The notes under the pieces were generated by a model. The model ran no database searches, was not told the origin of the DNA, and saw only the letters and a program-made list of their open reading frames with translations. 64,000 nucleotides of DNA from an uncultured delta proteobacterium (lineage in GTDB: Bacteria > Myxococcota > Kuafuiibacteriia > Kuafuiibacteriales > Kuafuiibacteriaceae), in the NCBI GenBank assembly GCA_963803435.1, contig CAWDML010000001.1:2496001-2560000 (forward strand), given 5' to 3'. This document shows, piece after piece, positions 1 to 8,559 of the stretch. Numbering within the stretch: position 1 is the first letter of the stretch; each line of letters starts with the position of its first letter. A program made the position numbers and the translations under genes.

Positions 1-1
1 C

Positions 2-613
2 ATGTTGAAGGAGGGAGCGTACCTCCAGGCCTACAATGCCCAAGTTGTCGTAGATGAGCACGCTCAGGTGAGTGTCGCCGAAGGGGTCAGCAACCAGGCA
101 CCTGATCAGCAACACCTCGTCCCGATGCTCCGTGATGTGTTCGGCAACTGCGGCGATGCTCCGCGGAAGATGACGGCAGACAACGGCTATCTGAGCGCGA
201 CCAACATCGAATTCTGCGACAACAATCAGATCGATGCCCACATCGCTGTTGGACGCGAACAGAACCAAGACGCGTCGACTCCGTCCTCATCAGCTTCGGA
301 GCCCACACCTGCCTCGCTCGCTCACAAGCGAATGCGAGACAAGTTGCAAACGCGCGACGGCAAGGCGGTCTACGCCCGCAGGAAGAGTATCGTCGAACCG
401 GCGCTCGGACAGATCAAAGGGGCACGAGGATTCCGCCGGTTCTCGCTACGCTCCTTCTTCAAGGTACGAGCCGAGTGGACGCTCGTCTGCCTCACCCACA
501 ACCTGCTCAAGCTCTACCGATCGAAGCTCGACCGTCGCGAGCGTCTGACTCAAGGCAGCCATCTTCAGATCGGGACCCCGACCGGGACCGGGACCCGGAC
601 CGGGGTCGCGTGA
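2..613 (+). mobile_element. IS1182-family transposase, 3' part (truncated by window edge)
   Basis: Motifs YNAQ, ADNGY, YARRKSIVEPALGQIK-RGFRRF-LR and EWTLVCLTHNLLKL are typical of IS1182 DDE transposases. GC is lower than in the flanking genes. The terminal IR could not be defined. Confidence 0.88.
572..607. repeat. Short imperfect tandem (G/C)(G/C)GACC hexamer array, flanked by the inverted pair GACCCCG/CGGGGTC
   Basis: gggacc ccgacc gggacc gggacc cggacc ggggtc read directly; encodes the GTPTGTGTRTG tail of the transposase ORF. Confidence 0.5.
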
Positions 614-771
614 GCGCTTACGCGCTACACGCTCATAGCTCGTCGCGAACACCTCCGCACCGCCGGGCGCCCGCGCTCGTTGGATCGCAGCAGCGCTTCG
701 GATACCGTCTCGCGCCATGTGCGTGCCCTCCTCGCCGTGCGGCGCTCGAACCCACCTCGACCCTTTCCGCG

Positions 772-3336
772 ATGGCTGAGCGCACGCTGGTCGCCGCGGG
801 GTCGAACCTGCTCGCGCGCGGCTTCCTGGTCGTCCCGACGGATCGAAGGTCGCGCGCCGGCCAGCCGGTCAACGGTCTGTTCGCGGTGGCGCGGGCCATC
901 CTGCGGGTCGTCGCGTTCAAGGTGCCCGCTCGCGCGGTCGCGGTGGTCGATGCGAGCCCGAACCCCGCGTGGCCGGGCCCGCTCGCCGCGCAGCACCGGG
1001 AGCTCCCGAGCCTGCTCTCAGAGCTCGGGCTCGTGGTGGTGGAGGCGGAGGAGAGCGCGTCGCTGGTCGCGTCGTATGCACAGGCGGCGCTCGCGGCGGA
1101 CGACGACGTCATCATCGCCGCCGTCGACAAGCGCTTCGCGCAGCTCGTAGGCGAACGGCTCTGGTGGTACGACGCCAACAAGGACGCGCGCTACACGACC
1201 GAGATCGTCAAGAAGCGGTTCAACGTCCCGCCCGAGCAGGTCGCCGAGTGGCTCGGGCTCGTCGGCGACGAGGACCAGCTGCCCGGCGTCGCGGGTATCG
1301 GCGCGAAGGGCGCGACCACCCTGCTCACGACCTACGGATCGATCGAGGCGGCGCTGGCGTCGATCGACGAGATCAAGGGAAGGCTCGGGAACGCGCTCCG
1401 CGCGGCGCGCGAGGACGTTCCCCGGGAGCTGTCGCGGGCGCGGCTCGACCGGCATCTCCCGCTGCCCGTGCCGCTGGGGGAGCTCGCGTATGCACCGGCG
1501 GCCACCTCCGACCTCAACGCGCTCTTCGATCGGCTCGGCTTCGTCGAGCTGTTGGCGGCCGACGGCGCCGGCGTGCAGGTCGTGGCGTGCGAGACCGAGG
1601 ACGAGGTGCTGCGCGCGCTCGAGACGCTCGGGCCGGGACCGATCACGATCCATGCGCTGCTCGAGAATCCCGCGCCCGTCCGCCAGGCCCTGGCGGGGAT
1701 CGCGCTCGCGGGCGCCGGCGAGGGAGGATTCTACGTCCCGTTCGAGGGTGCCGGGTGGAGCGTGCTTCGCGCGTGGCTGGAGGCGCCGGCAGCGCCCAAG
1801 ATGGGCCACGACCTGGTGGCGACGATGGTCGCGCTCCGCCGCGCCGGGATCCGGCTGGCCGGGATCGTGGGCGACTCGGCCTGTGCGTCACACCTCAGCA
1901 ATCCGAGCAACTGGGCGCCGCACGACCTGGGGACGGTCGCGAAGCACGTGCTCGGGCGCGCGCTTGCCGGCGAGGAGACGGTGCGGGGCGTCGAGAAGAA
2001 GAGGAAGGCGTGGGCCGACCTGCCGATCGAGCGTGCCGCGGCCTTCGCCGGCACCGCCGCCGCGGCGGCCGCCGCCGTCTGGAACGCGCTCTCCCCGACG
2101 GTCGATCGCGCGCTGCTCGACGAGTACCTCGAGCTCTCCGACACCCTGGTCAGGATGGAGCTCACCGGCTTGATCGTGGACCCCGCGGAGCTCGAGCGTA
2201 CCGAGGTCGCGTTCGCGGAGATCGAGGCCGAGCTCGCCCAGGAGATCGAATCGCTCGCCGGCCATTCGTTCAACTTCAACTCGACGAAGCAGCTCGGCAC
2301 CGTCCTTTACGAAGAGCTCGGCCTCCCCATCGCGAGCCGGACCAAGACCGGCTGGAGCACCTCGATGGAGGCGCTGGAGAGGATCGAGCACGCGCACCCG
2401 CTCGTGCCGCTGGTCATCCGCTGGCGGAGGCTCCGCCGCCTGCGCGACAGCTGGCTCATCGCGCTGCGCCGGTTCATCGACGACGACGGTCGCGTCCACT
2501 CCCGCTTCCATCTGGCCCGCTCCTTCTCCGGTCACCTGATCAACACCAGCCCGGATCTGGGCCGGGTCCCGGGACGCACGCCCGAGATGGCACGGATCCG
2601 TCGCGCGTTCGTCGCCGCGCCCGGCCGGCTCTTGATGTCCGTCGACTTCAATCAGCTCGGCCTCTACGTGCTGGCTCACCTGAGCAAGGATCCCTCCCTG
2701 ATCGAACCGCTGACCCGCCGCGAGGACCTGCATACGCTGACGGCGGCGGCGGTCCTCGACAAGCCGGCCGAGACGATCACGATCGACGAGCGCCAGATCG
2801 GTAAGGTCGTCAACTTCGCGACGTTCGCCGGCCAGGGTTCGAGCGCGCTCGCGCTCCAGCTCGGCATCTCGGCGCAGGATGCCAAGGCCATGATCGAGCG
2901 CTTCGATCGACGCTACTCCGCGGTGCGCGCGTTTCAGGAGGAGCAGCTCCGCCTCGCGCGCGCGCGCGGCTGGGTCGAGACGGTCTCGGGTCGGCGGTGG
3001 CCGATCGGTGGCCTCGAGTCGCTCGACCCGCACGACCGTTCGTATGCCGAGCGGTTGGCGCGCAGAGCCAGCCACGAGGGTTCGGTCGCCGACGTCTCGC
3101 GCCGCGCCTTGCTCGAGGCAGATCGCGCGCTCCGCCGGGAAGGCCTCGGCACCGTGCCGGTGCTGCAGGTCCTCGACGAGGTCCTGTTCGACGTCCCCGA
3201 AGCGGAGCTGGCCGCCGCCGCAAAGCTCACCGCGGAGGCGATGCGCCACGCGTTCGAGCTCGAGGTGCCGCTCGTGGTGGGCGTGGAGGCGGGCCCCAAC
3301 TGGGCCGACCTGGAGCCGATCCCAGATCGATCGTGA
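772..3336 (+). CDS. polA: Divergent DNA polymerase I (family A) paralogue with degenerate 5' nuclease and remodelled polymerase site
   Basis: Full Pol I architecture: FEN-like N-terminus with H3TH (LVGDEDQLPGVAGIGAKGA), vestigial 3'-5' exo, thumb (FNFNSTKQLGTVLY), motifs A (VDFNQLGL), B (RQIGKVVNF) and C (QVLDE). ATG at 772 preferred over 475. Confidence 0.9.
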   Translation: MAERTLVAAGSNLLARGFLVVPTDRRSRAGQPVNGLFAVARAILRVVAFKVPARAVAVVDASPNPAWPGPLAAQHRELPSLLSELGLVVVEAEESASLVASYAQAALAADDDVIIAAVDKRFAQLVGERLWWYDANKDARYTTEIVKKRFNVPPEQVAEWLGLVGDEDQLPGVAGIGAKGATTLLTTYGSIEAALASIDEIKGRLGNALRAAREDVPRELSRARLDRHLPLPVPLGELAYAPAATSDLNALFDRLGFVELLAADGAGVQVVACETEDEVLRALETLGPGPITIHALLENPAPVRQALAGIALAGAGEGGFYVPFEGAGWSVLRAWLEAPAAPKMGHDLVATMVALRRAGIRLAGIVGDSACASHLSNPSNWAPHDLGTVAKHVLGRALAGEETVRGVEKKRKAWADLPIERAAAFAGTAAAAAAAVWNALSPTVDRALLDEYLELSDTLVRMELTGLIVDPAELERTEVAFAEIEAELAQEIESLAGHSFNFNSTKQLGTVLYEELGLPIASRTKTGWSTSMEALERIEHAHPLVPLVIRWRRLRRLRDSWLIALRRFIDDDGRVHSRFHLARSFSGHLINTSPDLGRVPGRTPEMARIRRAFVAAPGRLLMSVDFNQLGLYVLAHLSKDPSLIEPLTRREDLHTLTAAAVLDKPAETITIDERQIGKVVNFATFAGQGSSALALQLGISAQDAKAMIERFDRRYSAVRAFQEEQLRLARARGWVETVSGRRWPIGGLESLDPHDRSYAERLARRASHEGSVADVSRRALLEADRALRREGLGTVPVLQVLDEVLFDVPEAELAAAAKLTAEAMRHAFELEVPLVVGVEAGPNWADLEPIPDRS

Positions 3337-3343
3337 GGCGTCG

Positions 3344-4486
3344 TCAGCGGAGGCGCACGCGCCGGACGTAGCCGAAGTCGCTCTCGGTGACGAGCACGTT
3401 GCCGGCGGGATCCATCGTCACCGCGCGCGGCTCACTGATCTTCGGACCGGGCGTCATGAAGTTGGCGCCGTCGCCCGCGTGGGTGTCGCCGGTGTCGCCG
3501 TCGAGGAAGAGGTGGAGGCGGCCGTCCGGATCGACGAACCAGACCTGTCCACCCTTGTGCGTGCAGACGAAGAACCCACCGTCCGGATACGACCAGACCC
3601 CACGCACCTCGTCGAGCCCGGTCATCGTGGCGAGGGCGCCATCACCGCCGCCGGTCGTCGTCCCGTTTCCGGCGATCACGGTCTTCTCCCCGGCTTCGCC
3701 GACGATGTACACCCGGTGGCCGAGACGGTCCGCCACCCGGAGCGTGCCGTCGCCCGCGACGTGAAGATTACCGAGCGAGACGAAGCCGTCCGCCAGCACC
3801 TCGACCCCGCCGCCCGCGCGCCACCGCTTGAGCCGAGTCCCGGCCGCGACGTAGGCGAGCTGCTCGTCGTCGCTCACCCAGAGCCCGCGCCCGTCACCGC
3901 TTCCGCCGACCGCGAACATCGTCGTCATCGTTCCGTCGGTGTCGACGCGACGGACCTTGTCGTTGCCGAGATCGTAGACGTAGAGCGTCCCATCCGCGCG
4001 CACCCACAGGCCGTTGGGTGAGGACAACCGCCGCTCGTTCGCAGGCCCCGGCGCGTCTCCGTCGTCCCCGGCCACGTTGGTACCCGCGACGGTCGTGATG
4101 ACCCCGTCCGTCCCCACGCGACGGATCGCGTGCGCGTCCTTGTCCGCGATGTAGACATTGCCCGCCGCATCACCGAGCGCGATGTGGGGCCGCGACAGCT
4201 CCGCCGCCGTGGCCGGGCCACCCTCGAAGGCGGGATCCCAATCGTTCTGTCCGTTGGTCCCGATCCGGCCCGCACCGGCGATCGTCTCGAGGAGGTCGTA
4301 CCGCCGAACGAGGCGGTCGAACGCCGACACCGGCTGGCCCGTATCCTCCCTCCCTCCATCGGCGTCCTCGACCGAACGGGCATCGATCGGCTCCCCTGCA
4401 TCGTCGGGGGACATCGATCCGGTCTGAGAGGAACAGCCCGCGAGCGCTGCCGCCAGCCACATGATGGGAGGGACCCGGAGAGCCAC
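3344..4486 (-). CDS. NHL-repeat beta-propeller lipoprotein
   Basis: Lipobox LAGC; repeated NHL units (GNVYIADKDAHAIRRV, TTVAGT-GDDG, PRAVTMDPAGNVLVTE). Confidence 0.8.
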   Translation of the reverse strand: MALRVPPIMWLAAALAGCSSQTGSMSPDDAGEPIDARSVEDADGGREDTGQPVSAFDRLVRRYDLLETIAGAGRIGTNGQNDWDPAFEGGPATAAELSRPHIALGDAAGNVYIADKDAHAIRRVGTDGVITTVAGTNVAGDDGDAPGPANERRLSSPNGLWVRADGTLYVYDLGNDKVRRVDTDGTMTTMFAVGGSGDGRGLWVSDDEQLAYVAAGTRLKRWRAGGGVEVLADGFVSLGNLHVAGDGTLRVADRLGHRVYIVGEAGEKTVIAGNGTTTGGGDGALATMTGLDEVRGVWSYPDGGFFVCTHKGGQVWFVDPDGRLHLFLDGDTGDTHAGDGANFMTPGPKISEPRAVTMDPAGNVLVTESDFGYVRRVRLR

Positions 4487-4590
4487 GGCGGCGCGTTATA
4501 GCACACGCACCGGCATCACCGGGTCATCACCTCTCGATGCAAGACTTGAAAGCGTGTCCAACGCCGGAGAGAGCGTGCCCGTGTCCCAGC

Positions 4591-5136
4591 TCAAGCTTCG
4601 TCACCTGGAGCGAACGCTTTCGCGTCGGGGGCCAGCGCGGCCGCGAGGCGAGCTCTGAGCTGCTCGGGGAGCGGCGCGGGAGTTCGGTCCCGCTCACCAT
4701 ACTCGACGTAAACGCGCCGCCACATCGCCGCAATCGACGGGGATCGCGATCGGAGCCCGTCGAGGTCGATGCCGTAGCCGAGCATCCCGAGCGTGGCAGA
4801 TCTCTTGCCCAGCTGGAGGACCTCGAGCGTGTAGTCGATGGACCAGCCGGCCCTGGGGACCGGAGGTCGATACAGTGCCGCGGTCTCGGCGATCGGAAAG
4901 GTCGTCCGGGGCCGGCCCTCGCGCTGCGACCAGACGGCGTAAGGCTCGAGGCGCCCCGCGAGGATCCACTCCTCGAACGTATGATGAAGATCGCGATCGA
5001 CCAGGTAGAAGCTCCAGACGTTCGCGTTCTCGACCTCGTCGAAGTAGAGCCGCTTGCGCCAGACGAACACCCGAGACCAGAAGGTCTCGTCCGGGTCCGA
5101 TCTCTCCGCATGATAACGAGCGAGCGCTCGGTTCAT
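4591..5136 (-). CDS. Hot-dog fold acyl-CoA thioesterase-like protein
   Basis: RLYFDEVENANV resembles the 4HBT/FcbC N-terminal motif; YRPPV, LEVLQLGKRSATL and PAPLPEQLRARL are typical of the family. Confidence 0.65.
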   Translation of the reverse strand: MNRALARYHAERSDPDETFWSRVFVWRKRLYFDEVENANVWSFYLVDRDLHHTFEEWILAGRLEPYAVWSQREGRPRTTFPIAETAALYRPPVPRAGWSIDYTLEVLQLGKRSATLGMLGYGIDLDGLRSRSPSIAAMWRRVYVEYGERDRTPAPLPEQLRARLAAALAPDAKAFAPGDEA

Positions 5137-5443
5137 GTCGAGAGCCTACCGCGGATCGCGCGCGCGAGCCGCTGCGCGTCGTCCATCATCGCCGCCAGCA
5201 ACGCAGAGCGTCCATTGGTCAGACCTCTCCATCCACGGCCACGCTTCGCGCCCACGGCCACGGGCGCGAACACGCCTAGAACGCGATCCGCGGTGTCATC
5301 GCCTTTCATGAGCTGCGGAGGAACAGCGAATGCCAGCACAAGTGCAACACGGAATAGCGCACGGAACGGCTGGGACCGGTTCTTGAGCTCGGACCTCGCG
5401 TGCTCGCCAGCGACGGATGAAAGGCGTAGATCCACCGGCACGT

Positions 5444-5800
5444 ATGAGCCACCGCACGACCCCCGAGACTCTCGACCGGATCGCCGCCCGCGCCTACCAG
5501 CGGTTCGTCGCGCGAGGCGGCGAGCACGGGCACGACCTCGAGGACTGGCTGGCGGCGGAGGCCGAGCTGGCGCCGCACGACGTCGTGTTGATCGATCCGG
5601 GCGCGCGCGAGATCGAGCTGGTGCGGGAGATCCGCGATCTCACCGGCCTGAGCCTGGTCGTGATCAAGTCGCTGATCACGGATCGAACGCGGCCGATCAA
5701 GCAATCCGTGCCGCGCCAGCAGGCCGAGGAGATCCAGCGTCGCCTCGAGACGCTGGGTGCGCGCGTCGAGGTGCGGTCGAGCGTCACCAGCGATCGATGA
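5444..5800 (+). CDS. DUF2934 domain fused to a ribosomal bL12 (L7/L12) C-terminal-like domain
   Basis: IAARAYQRFVARGGEHGHDLEDWLAAEAEL is the DUF2934 pattern; DVVLIDPGAREIELVREIRDLTGLSL...IKQSVPRQQAEEIQRRLETLGARVEVR follows the bL12 CTD pattern. Confidence 0.8.
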   Translation: MSHRTTPETLDRIAARAYQRFVARGGEHGHDLEDWLAAEAELAPHDVVLIDPGAREIELVREIRDLTGLSLVVIKSLITDRTRPIKQSVPRQQAEEIQRRLETLGARVEVRSSVTSDR

Positions 5801-7073
5801 GCCAACCCCGGTCGGTCTTGCGAAGGTAGCTGTCGTCCGTGGTCAGGTACGTGTCCTTCTTGCGGCGGACGCAGGCCACCAGGTCGCCGTCGTCGAGGAG
5901 GCGGCGCGCGTTTCGCTCGATGTCGGTGCTGGCGATGATGAACACCGGGCACGGTTCGAGCGTGTAGCCGTTCTTCAGATAGTCGAGCAGCTGATCCCAG
6001 ACGTACTGGGGAGAGGTGCGCGAGCGCTTGGGATCCTCGGGGGTCCAGAGCTTGTCGAAGGCCTTCCTGTCCTTCCTCCGCGCCGCCTCGAGGACCTTGG
6101 CGAGGGTGCGCTGGCCGCTCTCGAACTCGTCGAGGAACCGGCGGACCTCTTCAGTGTCCTCGGGCGGGGTGGGCTCGCGGCGGGAGACCTGGAACGGGAG
6201 CTCGGCGGGGCGGAGGCCGGCGCCGGTCTTCTCCTTCTCGTAGCCGACCTTCCAGGCCTCCTCGAGGAGCTCGGTCATGCGGAGCAGCTCGGCGTACTCG
6301 ACGCGGCGGCGCTTGGCGTCGAGCGCCTGGTCGGCAGTGCGCGCCGCCTGGATGTCGCCCCAGAGCCCGCCGAGCACCTTCTGCTGCTCGGACTTCACGC
6401 AGCCGACCTTGGCGTCGAACTCCTGGAGGAAGCTCGTGTTGAGCATGTCCTCGAGCAGGGCCTTCCGCTCGGCGACCAGGGCGACGTCGTACTTCGCGCG
6501 GAGGTAGGCGTCGACGAGCTTGTCGATGCGGCGGCAGAACGCGCGCGACTCCATCGTCGGCGGGCGCTTCCCAGGCGCCTCGATCCGATCGAGGGCCGGG
6601 GCGATGGCGGCGTTCCGGGGCTTGGCGTTGAGGAGCTCGTCCACCAGCGGGCCGACGGCGTCCGGGACCTCCTCGATCGTGCTGAAGCGCTTCGAGCTGC
6701 GCGCGGTGACCTTCGCCGTGCGCGTATCGATCAGCTTGAGCGTGACCACGTGGACCGAGCCCAGCTTACCGACCATCCCGGTGATCAACAGGCTCGCGCC
6801 CATGGCGCCGGCGATCTCCGCCATGCACGAGTTCTGATCGCAGCCGACGAGCAGCTTCTGCTGCTCCTGATCGAGCATGTCCTTGAAGTCGTTGGGGCCG
6901 AGCGCCTGCACGCCGTGCCGGTTGAGGAGCGCGTCGAGGATCAGCTCGGTGACGATCGTCCCGATCTGCGGATCGACGCCGGTCACCTCCACCTTGGGCA
7001 CGACGATCCGGTTGCCCTCCGCGCCGGCCGCGGTGACGGGCAGGAGGAGAAGAGCGACGACTGCGGATCTCAC
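5784..7073 (-). CDS. Secreted protein with N-terminal CsgG/TolB-N-like domain
   Basis: Signal peptide; MLDQEQQKLLVGCDQNSCMAEIAGAMGASLLITGMVGKLG is a common myxobacterial CsgG-like domain; 4-nt overlap with the upstream gene. Confidence 0.65.
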   Translation of the reverse strand: MRSAVVALLLLPVTAAGAEGNRIVVPKVEVTGVDPQIGTIVTELILDALLNRHGVQALGPNDFKDMLDQEQQKLLVGCDQNSCMAEIAGAMGASLLITGMVGKLGSVHVVTLKLIDTRTAKVTARSSKRFSTIEEVPDAVGPLVDELLNAKPRNAAIAPALDRIEAPGKRPPTMESRAFCRRIDKLVDAYLRAKYDVALVAERKALLEDMLNTSFLQEFDAKVGCVKSEQQKVLGGLWGDIQAARTADQALDAKRRRVEYAELLRMTELLEEAWKVGYEKEKTGAGLRPAELPFQVSRREPTPPEDTEEVRRFLDEFESGQRTLAKVLEAARRKDRKAFDKLWTPEDPKRSRTSPQYVWDQLLDYLKNGYTLEPCPVFIIASTDIERNARRLLDDGDLVACVRRKKDTYLTTDDSYLRKTDRGWLIDRW

Positions 7074-8533
7074 AACGTCTTCAGATACTCGATCACGGCG
7101 TCCCGATCTTCCGCTGTCAGCGCATCGCCGAAGGTATGACCGGCGTTCGAGTAGCCCGGGAGGGTGGTGTCGTAGATCAACCTGCGCTTGCTGGCGTCCG
7201 GCTCGGCGGCCTGGCCGTGATCCAGGGCCGTCCAGGGCCAGCCGACCGCCTCATAGTCGTAGCCGTTGCCGTCATAGGTGCGCTGGAAATACGTCGGGCG
7301 GGTCGAGCTCTCGAGCAGGCGGCGGAGATCCGGCACCGAGCCGTTGTGGAGGTAAGGCGCCGTGAGCCAGATCCCGTCGAGCGGCGGCGCCACGTACCCG
7401 CCGGTGGGCTCGATCGACGCGATCTCGCCGTAGAAGGACTGGCTGAACCAGTCGCGGAAGCGGACCTCGTTGTTGGAGCCGGTCGAGAGCCAAGGATCCG
7501 TGCCGATCTCGTCGAGCGACACCACGAAGTTCGGATAGCGCCCGCCCTCGCCGTAGGTCCCGTGGCAGCGGGAGCAGGTGGCGAGGAACACGCCCCGCCC
7601 GCGGGTCACCTTGGCCTCGTCGAGCGGCATCGGATACGCCGGCGCCTCCAGCGTGGCCAGGTATGCGCGCACGTCCGGGAAGTAGGCGTCGATCGAGCGC
7701 GCCTCCTCGACCTGATCCACGCACAGCACCGAGGCGGTCATCATCAGGCGCGCGTGATCGCCGCGCCCGCTGCCCGGATAATAGAGCGCGTTCTTCTTCT
7801 TGTATCGCCACCAAGGTGGGACGTCGACCGGGAGCGGCAGCTCGGGCGGCGGCTCGATCAGCGTCGTGCTCGACCACGCGAGCGTGATCGGATCGCGATG
7901 GGCGAAGAGGATCGCGGCCAGGTTGTCCGCGGGGTTCGCGCCCACCACCGCGGTCACCAGATACGGCGCCGTCGCCTCGATGCGATCGGCCCACTTGCGC
8001 CACTCGATCCGCTCCGCCGGATCGTTGACCAGGAACCCGACCGCCTCCGCGGTGTCGGCCGCGCTCGCCGTGAAGTCCCGGTTCGAGTCGCCGAGACCCA
8101 CGATCACGTTCCCCTCGAACACCGAGGCGTGACAGGTGAGGCAGTTGCTCGACACCACCATCACGCTGCTGGTGGTGGTGAACGCGTTGAAGTCGTACTC
8201 GAGGGTCTCGTTCGCGCCGGTCCGTCCGGGGAGGCGGAGGTGGGCGGGCGCCGGGCCCATCACCTGGCTCCACGCCGAGTACGGTACGCCGCAGCCGACG
8301 TACCCGCCGTTCACCAGCGCGTCATAGCCGGCCGTCGGGTCCCCGGGCCGCTGCTGGGAGGGCGGGATCTCGGTGAGCGGCGGGCCGGCGTCGGGGGCCG
8401 GGGGCCCGGAGTCCGGCGTGCCTGCGTCGATCGCCACGCCTGCGTCGGGCGGTCGGCCCGCGTCGTCCCGCGGAGCGACCTCCGCGGTGCATCCGGCGGC
8501 GATCGCGAGCGGGAGCCAGAGCAGTCGGCGCAT
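7070..8533 (-). CDS. Di-haem c-type cytochrome lipoprotein (RoxA/bCCP/MauG-like)
   Basis: Lipobox AAGC; two CXXCH motifs (CLTCH, CSRCH); PPLDGIWLTAPYLHNGSVP motif; C-terminal GYSNAGH. Confidence 0.85.
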   Translation of the reverse strand: MRRLLWLPLAIAAGCTAEVAPRDDAGRPPDAGVAIDAGTPDSGPPAPDAGPPLTEIPPSQQRPGDPTAGYDALVNGGYVGCGVPYSAWSQVMGPAPAHLRLPGRTGANETLEYDFNAFTTTSSVMVVSSNCLTCHASVFEGNVIVGLGDSNRDFTASAADTAEAVGFLVNDPAERIEWRKWADRIEATAPYLVTAVVGANPADNLAAILFAHRDPITLAWSSTTLIEPPPELPLPVDVPPWWRYKKKNALYYPGSGRGDHARLMMTASVLCVDQVEEARSIDAYFPDVRAYLATLEAPAYPMPLDEAKVTRGRGVFLATCSRCHGTYGEGGRYPNFVVSLDEIGTDPWLSTGSNNEVRFRDWFSQSFYGEIASIEPTGGYVAPPLDGIWLTAPYLHNGSVPDLRRLLESSTRPTYFQRTYDGNGYDYEAVGWPWTALDHGQAAEPDASKRRLIYDTTLPGYSNAGHTFGDALTAEDRDAVIEYLKTL

Positions 8534-8559
8534 GGGCGCTCTCTACCAGAGTGGATCGA

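Noticed and set aside
475-771. 99-aa N-terminal extension of the polymerase ORF with DRDPDRDRD repeats
   Set aside because: It overlaps the transposase and arises from the GGGACC microrepeat; Pol I homology starts at ATG 772.
5370-5390. TGGGACCGGTTCTTGA as a sigma54 promoter for the DUF2934 fusion
   Set aside because: The GG-N10-GC spacing and consensus are not met.
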